From Ruditapes philippinarum (Eukaryota), in NCBI RefSeq assembly GCF_026571515.1, contig NW_026866764.1, forward strand, positions 248,001 to 312,000: DNA of 64,000 nt. The letters run 5' to 3'. Positions within the stretch are counted from its first letter, which is position 1, and each line of letters opens with the position of its first letter. Of the stretch, positions 23,201 through 34,700 are shown in pieces. The notes beneath the pieces are model-generated. The model ran no database searches and was not told the origin of the DNA. It saw nothing but the letters and a program-made list of their open reading frames with translations. Made by a program: the position numbers and the translations under genes.

Positions 23201-24989
23201 AGGTTAGTTATCTACGAAAGCCGGTTATGCAGAGAAATTGGTAAATTACTGGTTAGTTATCAACGAAAGCGGTTATGCAGAGAAATTGGTAATTACTGGT
23301 TAGTTATCCACGAAAGCCGGTTATGCAGAGAATGGTTATTACTGGTTAGTTATCCACGAAAGCCGGTTATGCAGAGAAATTGGTAATTACTGGTTAGTTA
23401 TCCACGAAAGCCGGTTATGCAGAGAAATTGGTAATTACTGGTTAGTTATCCACGAAAGCCGGTTATGCAGAGAAATTGGTAATTACTGGTTAGTTATCTA
23501 CGAAAGCCGGTTATGCAGAAAAATTGGAAATTACTGGTTAGCTATCCACGAAAGCCGGTTATGCAGAGAAATTGGTAATTACTAGTTAGTTATCCACGAA
23601 AGCCGGTTATGCAGAGAAATTGGTAATTATTGGTTAGTTATCCACGAAAGTCGGTTATGTTGAGCAACCGCCGAGATCTTTACTAAATATGTGTTATGAT
23701 GGTGTTAAAATATTTATAATAATAATGATAATTATAATAAAAGAAAGAAGCAAACAGGGGGATTGTGCGTTGCATTTTACTAGTACGTCACTTGAACCGG
23801 ACCAATCATATGTTGTCAAGCGTTTTTTAAGATTTCTGTTTTAATTTTATGTGAACAATTTCCCTGCTTTCTTTGAATTTCATATCGTTTATTGAATAAA
23901 TATAACTTGCCAGGGTCAAATCCTTCAAATATGTTATTTTTTCATCTTATATTGAACTCATGTTTTTCCTCAAAAAAAGACAAAAGTGTTAAAATACTCG
24001 TAGATCACTTATTTTTGCTGTTCAAGATGCACTCACAAGGTAAAAGTTTGGTAAAGATATACGAGGAACTTGGTATGGAAGTGTTCCCGACGGAATATTT
24101 ACCCGACGATTATGAAGGTCCTTCGGCCGGAACTGTCAAAGAAATCATTGGTAAAATGTTTCTCAATATTTTCATACTAACATATAAAATTGTATATGCT
24201 ATTAAGAATCTTACACCGGCGCGGGTACAGACCGGAATATCTAGCCAGAGGGTATCAGTTAACGGTAGAAACGAGGCTATGCCGAGAAAGGTTTTTCTAG
24301 CACCCGTGTTAACAATAGATTATCCTGCCTGACATGCAAGAAAATTCAGTTTATTCTTAGGAACTTAAGGAGTCGTCTGCTTGAGGAAAATATAACAACA
24401 ATCATTTTGAATCTAGATATCACAGTGCGTTTCACAACCAATAAACATCAAGCATTTGCACCACATGATGTTCCAATGTGAATCATATTTGGATTTTAGC
24501 ATGATTTTCAGTTCCACCTACCGAAAATGCTTTTCAAATGCATATTGTACTCAATCAAGCCTTGTTTTCATTTTCCGAGTTCAAAAAACCCCATATTTTC
24601 TATATTGTGCGCCTCGCCTAATATAGGTTTTGTAGCTATGTAATTGTTAAAAATCAGTATTGTACTCCACAATACACACGTATATTAGCCTCATACTAAT
24701 GATATCCTTCCAATCATATCTATGCTTTCAATTTCAAAATAAATTCCAAACATTTAACGTGCACTCATTTACAGCTCTTGAAAACAAAAATGTATTCTTC
24801 AGCCTAAGAAAACAAAGTTCAAATAATTGCTTTTCATTTACAGAACAAAATATTCAGGAATTCAAGAAGGAAGAGTTCAGGAAATACATGTTGGAACTGT
24901 CTAGTGGTAAATATTTCGTAGACATTGAAAAAAGAAAATCCGCGGAGAAACCTCCCGAGGCTTCCTTCAGAAAACTAAATGTGGACTGA
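14228..24989 (+). CDS. CRAL-TRIO (Sec14-like; alpha-TTP/clavesin/pinta-like) lipid-binding protein, paralogue A, 8 exons; exon 6 garbled
   Basis: Exons 14228-14243, 19333-19482, 20185-20344, 20810-20871, 21448-21653, ~22550-22643 (corrupted), 24027-24150 and 24844-24989. The seven intact exons have GT-AG boundaries and the same lengths as in paralogue B. Motifs FLLRFIRVRKY, YDKQGRKV, EKAQVNGVVFVSDYTG, PTEY and C-terminal SFRKLNVD. Confidence 0.9.
14571..16132 (+). mobile_element. Crypton-type tyrosine-recombinase transposon, internally deleted (hairpin-IR family C)
   Basis: Hairpin 14571-14671 with a GCGTAGCGTAGCGGAGC loop. IRs at 14674-14694 and 16110-16130 (20/21 match). Coding remnant at 15230-15660. 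Confidence 0.8.
15230..15660 (+). pseudogene. Crypton/DUF3504-associated tyrosine recombinase N-terminal (core-binding) region remnant
   Basis: Frameshifted translation VPYNTTKNNNWAVHVWK...MDFW.QQFICEIERKNGEFYPPTTLLNIAAMLQRYLR...DPFF...RIMDRRMREMTIRGIG matches the NT..T.WA, F..E.RK.DG..YPP.TL...LQRYL and LD..MK.L...G.G patterns of Crypton and ZMYM/QRICH1/KIAA1958-type proteins. The catalytic RHRY part is absent. Confidence 0.8.
16230..18955. repeat. Unclassified element with 23-bp minisatellite arrays (GTTATACCACTTGTAATAACACT) at both sides
   Basis: Arrays at ~16230-16381 and ~18270-18955. GGCACACTT/AAGTGTGCC motifs at 16390-16485 and 18140-18180. The element is interrupted by the 16742-18110 insertion. 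Confidence 0.8.
16742..18110 (-). mobile_element. Helentron/Helitron2-type non-autonomous element (family shared with 25405-27990)
   Basis: On the minus strand the 3' end is hairpin TTGATGCTTTGCATCAA followed by TTTTCTTG. The 5' end is TTGGCGTCC with a GC hairpin. Both ends resemble those of 25405-27990. Confidence 0.7.
21305..21395. repeat. Short ~18-bp tandem repeat (TCGAACCRCCTCATTATG)
   Basis: About 5 degenerate copies just upstream of exon 5 of paralogue A. Confidence 0.75.
22312..22490 (+). mobile_element. tRNA-derived SINE, garbled copy
   Basis: GAGTCGATGACTTCTAATCC...GGTTCGATCCCCGG...ATGCTTTGGTGTTTAGCGCGG matches the 29320 copy but with many small deletions. Confidence 0.7.
22704..23725 (+). 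mobile_element. tRNA-derived SINE carrying an internal tandem array
   Basis: Head TAGCTCAATAGG...GGTTCGATC at 22712-22760. Body ...ACTTGCGGAGAA runs into the array. Tail CCGCCG...ACTAAATAT...GGTGTTAAA at 23668-23710. Confidence 0.7.
22848..23660. repeat. 48-bp tandem array, ~17 copies
   Basis: Unit GCAGAGAAATTGGTAATTACTGGTTAGTTATCCACGAAAGCCGGTTAT, with no unique spacers. Confidence 0.95.
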
Positions 24990-25404
24990 ATTTTCGTGTC
25001 TTAAATTATTTGCTTATCATTTTTGAATTATAATTATGTATTGAGAATTTTGGGTTTATTTCGAAATAAAGTGGTAAGTATTTTCATATTTCAGTATAAA
25101 AAGAGATTAATTATATTTGAATGTCATACAAAGAAAATGCGTGTCACTTTTCTTTGGGAATTAACTAAATATGAAATCGTGTACATTTTAAGGAAATCTA
25201 ATTCGGAATATATATAGAGGATATTGTATGAGTGTAAGTTCAATACTGAATTTATTGCACGAGTTGAATAAAATTATATTATGCGAGCCTCTGGCGAGCT
25301 TGACATTATATTATTCAACGAGTGCAATAAATTCAGTAATGAACTTACACGAATTTAATATTCTATTTATCACATACCCAAAATAAAGACCTTTTAAAGT
25401 AAAA

Positions 25405-27990
25405 CAAGAAAATCATTGATGCAAAGCATCAAAGGGCGACGCCAAAAGAATTTGATCCAGATTTGCACCTAAATACTTAACAAAAGATGTGTACTTTATA
25501 GCAGTACCATTACATGTGACCTGGAGGCTAGGGCCAGTTTAAGTTGAAACTTAAACCAAAGAAGAATAGACTCTGTCTTGCCAAGATGCAAAGACAATTT
25601 ATAGTCAATTAAGCAATCTTATAAGACTTATGCTATAAGAAAGAATTTCTTCAGATTTATATTTTGAGACACAAGGATTCCTGAGTCATCAGCATATAAT
25701 CACTGGCACGAGTTTCGGACCTGGGAAGAAAAAATATGACCAGCGATGACCAGATTTGATAAAAAAACTGTGTTTATAAAAACCAAAACAAAAAATGTAA
25801 ATAATGATCCCCTTAAAAATATACTATCAACTTGAAGTATATTTTTAAAGGGGGTCATTATTTACATTTTATTTTGGTTGTTGACACTTTTAAGATGAAC
25901 ACAGGTTTTTTTATCAATCTGGCCATATTTTTTCTTCCAAGGTCTGATACTCGTGCCTGTGATGATTATAATAAAAGCTTATTGCTTAGGGTTGAAGACA
26001 TGTAATTGACATATATTAGACATAAAAGAGGACCCTAAAATGAACATCAGGGGGACAGATAGGTACTCCCAGAGCAGTAGTAGAATGAGTAACCAGCCAC
26101 ATCAACCAGCTACTATCAGAGATAAGACTTAAACCATGTAAGAATGTCATTATATATGGCAGATGCTTGAAGTTTCATGAAGAAGAAGAAAAACAACTTT
26201 CTTCATCCCAGATGTGCAGTATAGTGTGTGTGTTCAACTGTATCAAATGCCCTTTTGTAGATCTAAAAGTATAATGCAGTACTGCCTTTGTCCATTTCAA
26301 ATAATGCAATCTGTTAAATGAATCAAACATGAGTCAGTTGAAAAAACCACTTCTAAACCCTGACTAAACTGCCTGACCATGACTCAAACCCATGACTTTC
26401 AGAAGACCAACTGAGCTATCCGGCCTGCTACACATTTTCTCTTTAATAATGAAACAGTTCTAAACCACAACATATTTCCCCACTATATCGATTTGTGTTC
26501 GTGAATTTCTTATGTTACAGAGCATAGGAAATTGAACTCATGCTTATATGCAGTCACAGGATGAGAAAAACTTTGAGCTTGACCAGAACTCAAAACCTGT
26601 GACCAACATAAGAAATTTTACGAAGGCTGATTTGTATTTTTTGCATCAAGGGCACCGGGCAAAAACATGAAAATGCAACAAACAAACCACTTTTGGTAGA
26701 TTGTATTTTCATGTTTTCATCTGGCGCCCAGTTACTTTTTATACTATGTTGGTTTTCATGTGGCACAAATCACCCACTATAATTTAGTGCACAAATTTAT
26801 TCAAGGGCAAGTAACAATCTACTCTATGTACAGTCTGTTGTCGGGTTGACTCAGGAGACCTGGAGGTTGAGACCGGTGTCTCTTCATTACAAATAGATAA
26901 GACCGAAGCTGTTTTTTTCAAAAACTATGCACATGTTAGAAAAAAAAATAGATAAACTATTCAGAATATGATTTTTGAGACTTTATTAATTACATTGCTT
27001 AGTCCAAGTTTAAGGACATTTTCAATCAATACATGTTTTATTCATTTATAAACTTTAAATGAAAGTCTCATCCCTTTAATAATAATGACATAACTGTATC
27101 TCTTTAAATGCAGAAAATATAAGTCTCAACATATCAATATACTACTGTCTAAGATATACATGTATGCACATAACATTAATAATTCCCAGTTTATATTAAA
27201 TAAATATGAATCCTAACATTAACATGCTTTTGATGACCTGTACAACTTGGTGAATTATATACAACAAAAAATATATTATAAGTAAATACCTAAGATAGAC
27301 AGAAAAGAACAAATAATTTAGTAAACATGAGTTACTTCCCTTAAAATAAAGAAAACCTGAAACCCAAAAGAACACCCTAAACAGCAAAATTATGAAATGC
27401 TGCAGGTTCAGTTTTATCAAGCCATGCAAATTAATGGTAATGTATTCATAAAAAAATAGATGGCCATGTGTCAGCAGTAATTGCAGAAAATCGGATAGCT
27501 TTCAACATCCGGATACTGGTACACTTTGTAAAAACAACCATTCTGCGCAACAGCATAAATGTAATAAGGATAAAATCAATAGGATAATCGTTTACAACAG
27601 TTCCATTACCTATCCTTATACTCAATTGCAGGTGAACTTTCTTCTTGTAGAAAATTTTTGAAAATGTATAAATGAATGAATGAACCGATACGGCCTCAAT
27701 CTAGACCACAACGATATTCGAAATCCGGGTTTTAGTATTGTCATTAAAACTAAGGGAAAAGCTGTTAAACTTAACCTGAAATTTCGTGAAAATAATATCA
27801 CAATGCACATGCTTTTTATAAAAAGTTATTAAATACAAATATAATAACACATTTGTTTACTTGAATTTTACGAATCAAAATAAAACTAATTAACACAACA
27901 TGAAATTAACTGCTAATAATAACAGCTCCTTCCATAGGCAAAAATAAAAAGCGTTCCATAATAGACGACGCCGCTCACCGGCGTCGCCAA
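25405..27990 (-). mobile_element. Helentron/Helitron2-type non-autonomous element nested in the family D element
   Basis: Boundaries are fixed by the empty site in the 40117 copy (GAAA^TAAGAGTCATTTT), with no clear TSD. Ends CAAGAAAATCATTGATGCAAAGCATCAAAGGGCG and GACGCCGCTCACCGGCGTCGCCAA. Confidence 0.8.
25701..25961. mobile_element. Foldback MITE (CAC(A/T)GGCACGAG termini) nested in the Helentron-type element
   Basis: Near-complete palindrome centred at ~25829. TSD is not clean. Confidence 0.75.
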
Positions 27991-28649
27991 TAAGAGTCAT
28001 TTTTCATTGACGCGCCTATAGTATAACGATAACATATAGCGCGTCTTTACACTATGTTTGTATAACGCTAATGACGTCACGTCAAAATATATGCATGGCC
28101 GTGCAATACCATATTTATGGAGTCGCAAAATCGGCTTGGGTGTGTGATAAATATAATTAATCAAATATTGACACTTCTTAAGAACTGAAGTTTGACTCAT
28201 TTTGTCTACTTTGAAATGAAACTGTCAATAGAGAGAAATAATGAATACCTAATGAAAGCCCAACAAGACAAAATTGAAAATGTTGCAGGCTCGGTTTGAT
28301 TGAGCCGGTTCATGGACGATTCAAATTAACACAAAATGTCATTTCACAATTGTGTTTTATTTTTAAACCATGCAGGCTCTACGAACTAACTTGAACTTTC
28401 ATCTTGATATCCCCAAAATCTGTAATGGACAGTTCCAGAAATGCGGGCTAGACAAGTCCATTACAGATTACATTACACATTTGAGCTTATTGTTTTTACA
28501 TTGATATTTTCAAGTTAATGTGTCTCATTTACAATTTTACAATTTTAAAATATGCAGATTTACAAATACATTTTGTTATTACTAATGCTTAATGCTTCAA
28601 AAAAAAAAAATGCTATTATTAAATATTTGCTTCGGAGTCGTGCATTTTT

Positions 28650-29308
28650 AGCTCACCTGTCACAAAGTGACAGGGTGAGCTTTTTCGATCGCTTTTCGTC
28701 CGGCGTCCGTCCGTCCGTCGTCCGTCCGTCGTCCATCCGTAAACTTTTACTTTAAATGACATCTCCTCATAAACCACTAAGCCAATTTCATCCCAACTTC
28801 ACAGGAATGTTCCTTTGGTGGTCACCTTTAAAATTATTCAAAGAATTTAATTCCATGCAGAACTCTGGTTGCCATGGCAACCGAAAGAAAGAAACTTTAA
28901 AAATCTTCTTTAAAAAAAACCAGAGCTTAGATATTTGGCATGAAACATCTTCTAGTGAGTGTCTACCAAGTTTGTTCAAATGAAAGCCCTGGGGTAAAAA
29001 TTGGCCCCGCCCCAGGGGGTCATTGATTTTCCCTATATGCATATAGTAAAAACTTAAAAAAACTGGCCCGGCCCCAGGGTTGTCATTGTTTTTAACTATA
29101 TGTGTATAGTGAAAACTTAAAAAAACTTCTTTTAAAAAGCCCAGTGAGCTAGAGCTTATAGATGTTTAGCATGAAACATCTTCTTATGGGTGTCTACCTA
29201 GTTTGTGCAAATAAAAGCCCTTGGGTTAAAATTGGCCCTGCATCGTTGGGGGGGTGGGGGGGGGCTATATACAGGTGAGCGACCTCAGGGCCATCATGGC
29301 CCTCTTGT
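28650..29308 (+). mobile_element. Helentron-associated interspersed element (HINE; pearl/DTC84-like architecture)
   Basis: T-run target, 5' subTIR GCTCACCTG (28651) with hairpin, (CCGT)n microsatellite, duplicated core repeats, 3' subTIR CAGGTGAGC (29272), hairpin GGGCCATCATGGCCC and CTTGT end. Confidence 0.92.
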
Positions 29309-29319
29309 TTATATGTACT

Positions 29320-29530
29320 GGATGTATCCGTTACTGAGGGGTTAGAGTCGATGACTTCTAATCCAGTTACCTCTCTGGCGTGGGTTCGATCCCCGGGAGA
29401 TGCTTTGGTAGTTTAGCGCGGAGGAAGGTAGTCTAGTACTGGTGTAACTTTCCAGGACTTCCCGCCTTTATGACTGAAATACTGTTGAAAAAGGCGTAAA
29501 ATGAAACAAACAAACAAACAAACAAACAAG
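29320..29530 (+). mobile_element. tRNA-derived SINE with (CAAA)n tail
   Basis: Box B GGTTCGATCCC. Body shared with 7454. Tail ATGACTGAAATACTGTTGAAAAAGGCGTAAA followed by CAAA repeats. Confidence 0.88.
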
Positions 29531-30650
29531 AAACATAACATTCATGACAAAAACGTGCTTTTATTGGATATATTATTTGATTAAAACATATTTTATTCGA
29601 TATATTTTACATGATGATGAACAATATTTACACAATACATTTGGGATTGGTCAGAAAGCTAGGAAAGCTTATGAGTGTCCTGTCCCAGATATTATTTAAT
29701 TGAGTACATGTTTGTGTATTTAACATTTACCATGTATTCTATTTTTTTGTTCTAAAATTTATACTGAAAAGAATTCCCAGATCTATATGTCATTTTAAAT
29801 AGAGATTTATTTCTATGAATTATATATGTATACATGTTATACATGTATGTTTTATGTTGTTATTGCCATTTTGTTTTATGGTGTAATAAACAGTTTAATG
29901 AGAAAATTTGTCGTCAAAGCAGTAATTTTTTTCTCATCTCAAGTAGTCATATATGGACAGATTGCGTTATTCTTCGTTGAAAAATAAAAATTGTTTGTCA
30001 AATCCAAGCTATAGTTTCAACGCCTTCGCCTGACTTTCCAGTTAACTATTATTTAATAATTGTAACGTTTCGGCCCAATCCGCCATTTATAAGTTAAAGG
30101 CCCATTGTACATCAGAAATGCTTTTAAAAACTTTTTTACTTGGTATCCTGTTACAGTTTCCAAAAATTACTCATTTGCCAGATAGATAAACTATCTTTGC
30201 TTCTTTTGCTTTGCTGGCAATTGCTACGATTACTATAAATTAATATTTTGTTTGGAAGTCAAAATACTACTTTATTTACATTTTTCTAACTTTACAACAC
30301 ATTTTTACATGTAGTAAGCTCTTAATCCAGTATTAAAACATTATGTAACACATGTTTAATATTTTCAAAGAATTTTATATGGATTTCTGAGGCATAATGT
30401 GCCTTTAAGGAAGCGGCGACATATAACCCTTCTAAATATATGTAGCTGTTATTGATATTTGAATTTCCAATGAACCTATGTGAAAAGCTACCTTTCTTTC
30501 TAAATAAAATGCAAAGTATTTTTGCAATTGAAATAAACATTTAAATTGATTTACAATATCTTGGCACAATGTAGACGGTCTCTCGTCCGGCAGGTAAACG
30601 GTTAGCTTAATTAAGTTTTCTTTGCATGAAAAATGTAATTTTAACTTTAA

Positions 30651-30842
30651 AGGGACTCCACTGAAGATTTTTGACATGATGGGACTGGTAATTATAATGT
30701 TTTGAGATTAATGTTCCATTTGATGTAGTTCTAGACAAATAACTTGTCTGCAAAATTTCAGATCACTCGCTCACACCCAACTGATCCATGTAAGAAATTC
30801 AAATTTTGTAGTTTAAGGGTTTTGGACCTCATTGGAGTTCCT
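30651..30842. mobile_element. Kolobok-like MITE, TTAA TSD
   Basis: TTAA|AGGGACTCCA...TGGAGTTCCT|TTAA. A truncated relative lies at ~38724-38860. Confidence 0.8.
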
Positions 30843-31094
30843 TTAAGAAATAACCTTTTTTAAACAACCGGCTGCATTTGTTTTTGGAGATAGATCAATG
30901 ATTTAAGTAATATATGCGTATTAATATGTTACAATATTAAAGGAATAGGAATGGATGGACTGATGTCTGTCTAATATAAATATTCATCATTTAAAAAGAG
31001 GAACCATGACAGTTTTCCTATTGACATTAACCCTATAAGAGAGAAATTCGTGTTTTAAGACACTATTTTTTACTTGAGAAATAAGTTCATGGGC

Positions 31095-31322
31095 GCCGCC
31101 ATTTTGGCGTTCTGTCATTCTCGCGAGACAGACGAGACCGAGATTGTGACGTGTTATACCCACTTCCGGTGTAGGTGTACACGCTGGTACAACTGAAATA
31201 TATCTTGATGAAGAACTTATTAATTTTATCGCGTACATTATATATTAAAATAAGAAAATCCAATGAAAACGAAATTGATGAAATACAACAATATAAAACC
31301 TGTAATATCACACCCGGAAGTT
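31095..31322. promoter_or_regulatory. Cluster of housekeeping-promoter-type motifs upstream of CRAL-TRIO paralogue B
   Basis: YY1-like CGCCATTTTG (31097), palindrome TCTCGCGAGA (31119-31128), TGACGT (31147), ETS-like ACTTCCGGT (31162) and CCGGAAGT (31314). Confidence 0.4.
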
Positions 31323-31790
31323 TGATTAGTGCACGTGGGCGTACTTATAAAGTTGCCGATATATGTACTTGTATACGGTTGTACAGACTGATATAATATT
31401 ATACACTTATAATAGACTGCAAATTTAAACGCGTTTTATGTAGCAAGTACGCCACAATAAAAAAACTTCATATACAAATTAACAAATGTACTTTTAGTAT
31501 TTCTGTTTATTTAGATATAGAAACAAATGTATAATTTTATCGATATAAATACATGTGCCACTTAATGACCTTACCTGATGAAATTTAACAAATTGTGTAC
31601 GCATACGTTTCTAGATAAACCTACACGTCCGAATAACTGCGACAGATTGATTTATTGTCCATTTAGTTTGCAGTTCTCCTTAATTTTTACAGTAAACAAG
31701 ATACGGTCAAATATTGCAAATACAAGTTGTAAGTTATCATATCTATGCGACGTGTTTGATCGGATTTTAGTTTGGTTTTACTCACTCACA

Positions 31791-34700
31791 ATGGCAGTGG
31801 AACCAGGTGAGTTCATTTATATACATCTTTTATAATTATTATGCGGAAGAAATTAAGCAAATATAACAAAACTGCTGTTTAAACATATGTCTTAAACCAT
31901 ATTATATGGTTTAAGACATATATGTTTAAACAGCAGTGTTGTTATTATTATAGTACTATTATTATATTATCAATATACTATTATTAATGAATATGTACGT
32001 ATGTACTTTTGTTTAATACTACATGGCCATTCTGAAATTTTTCATTTACACACCAAAGGTACCAGCTTGTGCATATGTATGTGTATGTGCATATATGTAT
32101 GTTCTTGAGCTTTATGGTCAGACCCTACCCCCGGCTTGAACCGCCCCTGTAAACGGTCAATTAAAAATATTTTATAAACTGCAATCTTTACTTTTTTGAG
32201 ACTTGACGGTTTATTCTTGCGTAATTAAATGTTTTATAAACAATATTAATGAAAAAGACAGATGCCCCATTTGTGGGTCTAATCCAGGAGATCAGTATAT
32301 CCGGGAATAGACCCCAGGGTCAAAACCAAAAAGTATCCGTTTTCTTTATTGTATTATATACAAGTTTTACTTCTGAAATATACACAGGGTCTCCCTAGTG
32401 TCTTAGGGATATAATTGTTAACCTCCATCAGTAATATTAAAGGCGAATGAGTCACCATTGTATGTTATGTGACAATGTAACTATCAAACAAACAAAAACT
32501 CATGACTGATAAAACATTTTATTTATTTAATTCGTCATCTCCTAGCCATGTGCTATTAAATGACCCTCAGGGAAATAAAAAAATTTCAATTACACAGACG
32601 AAAATTTTCTTATCAGTATGTCTATGCATGTATAATATGTTCATTGCAAATAAAGTTGCGATAAGCTTTGAATGAGTATTTCATATGTTGTATATAGCTT
32701 CACAATACCAAATTTATTACAACATTGAACATTAATTTCGTTTTCAAAAAATATTAAAGGCTAAATGTACAGTCGGGTCAATGTCGAGACTGTGAGTGTG
32801 ACCTTATCGGGGCATGAAAGGAAATCAAAGTTGTTTAATCGTGAATGTATAAAAGAAAATTAAAGGAATCTGAAGTCCATGTGTAATCAATGGTTGTGCC
32901 TGCTTCAAGCGTTATCAGGCTTTCTTGTGAATTTGTTGAATTTCTGTACATGTATGCATGTCCTTGGATTAGCGGTAGTGTGTTAGCTTGTTTTTCTGGT
33001 CCACGTACATCGTTAGATGATTGATAGTGCGATAGTTTCAAGCGTTAATAAGCGAAGCGCCTTTGTGTGCTTTTCTTTCCATATATGTCGTAATGCGAGT
33101 GGTTGTGCGATAGTTTCAAGCGTTATCAAGAGTTTTTGTGTTTTTTTCTGGTCCATATATGTCGAAATGCGAGTGGTTGTGCGCTATCAAGAGTTTTTGT
33201 GTGTTTTTTTCTGGTCCATATATGTCGAAATGCGAGTGGTTGTGCGTTTTCAAGAGTTTTTGTGTTTTTTTCTGGTCCATATATGTCGTAATGCGAGTGG
33301 TGGTGCGATAGTTTCAAGCGTTATCAAGAGTTTTTGTGTGTTTTTTCTAGTCCATATATGTCGAAATGCGAGTGGTTGTGCGTTATCAAGAGTTTTTGTG
33401 TTTTTTTCTGGTCCATATATGTCGTAATGCGAGTGGTGGTGCGATAGTTTCAAGCGTTATCAAGAGTTTTTGTGGTTTTTTTTCTGGTCCATATATGTCG
33501 TAATGCGAGTGGTTGTGCGATAGTTTCAAGCGTTATCAAGAGTTTTTGTGGGTTTTTGCTGGTTCATGTATGTCGCTAACTTAGTGGCAGTGCCTAATTT
33601 ACTTAAAGCGCTACCAAGCGTCTTAATTTGTTTTTTCTGGTCAGTGTATGTCGTTAGCTTAGTGGTAGTGTTACAAGCGTTCTTGTGTATTCTTCTTATT
33701 GGGGCACCAACAAGTGACTTCTTGGCTTGAACATGACATGTCCTGGAGTCAATGAACAACCCCTTAAAATTACAAGTATGAAATAATGAATATCTTGGTC
33801 CGAAAGAGGATCTTCTGAAATATCTAGTCTAATGTAACAGCTACGACATTGAAAACGACATTTAATGAAATACCCGTATTGCATAATGTTTATCAAGATG
33901 AGCATTGAAGATATAATCTTATGATTTCACAAATTTGTTATTTTATATTCAGGAAGTTATAGGATGCTTGGCTTACTGCATTTTATTTTTCTTAAAACTA
34001 TTCATAGGAGATGCTAAATATGTAAGTAAACTTAACGAGGAGGAAAAGAAACGGGCTAAAGAAGAGCTTCATGAACTGAATGACAAAGACAGAGAGGGCG
34101 CTGTACAGGCGTTACGAAAGTGGGCGCTGGAACAGAAATGGCTCAAAACCATGACAGGTAAATTTTGGCTTCATTAACAATGTATTTGGCTTGAAATATT
34201 ATATATTTTCTTCATATTTTCTAGATAAAGGGTAGAGTAATTATAAAAGGGAATTGCACAAGTTTTATCTGTGTGACTGTAGCATGTCACTCGTGCAAGC
34301 GATGTAGTTACACTTTTCGTCGGCTTTAATTGAAGCTCACTACCCAGGCATTTCGTTAGAAGTGTTAAGTTATCTCTTAACAAGGGTCAATGAATATATT
34401 TATATAAACTTTTAACAATTAATAAGTGCATGAATTAAAATAGATATTCAGATTGAGCACGTAAAAATGAACACTATACAAATGTTGGCTTGAATACAGA
34501 TCTATTTGCTGTCAAGACATTTTTACCCCGAGCGAGCTTATATTAATTGAACCGTACGTCTGCCCATCTAAACCGACAAGTTGGGTATATATTAAGTTCT
34601 TCCTGTACCTATGGCTTCATAATTTACACACTTACTTTTCAAAACAAATTACATGAATTTGGCAAGTTGTTATTCCTTTTTTAGTGGTTTGACAATAGAT

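Larger units (their letters stand above)
25214..28151 (+). mobile_element. Hairpin-IR element family D, split by a nested insertion
   Basis: Segments 25214-25404 and 27991-28151 join into a close copy of 40117-40468. IR TTTATCACATACCC at 25366-25379 pairs with GGGTGTGTGATAAA at 28138-28151. Confidence 0.88.

Noticed and set aside
22848-23660. CRISPR-like array
   Set aside because: Units are contiguous with no unique spacers, there are no cas genes, and the context is a eukaryotic intron. The same applies to the 33-kb and 54-kb arrays.
28552-29042. ORFs 28552, 28756 and 28788
   Set aside because: They overlap a non-autonomous HINE and show no transposase or helicase motifs.
33017-33759. Several overlapping hydrophobic ORFs
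   Set aside because: They are products of the 52/65-bp minisatellite in an intron.
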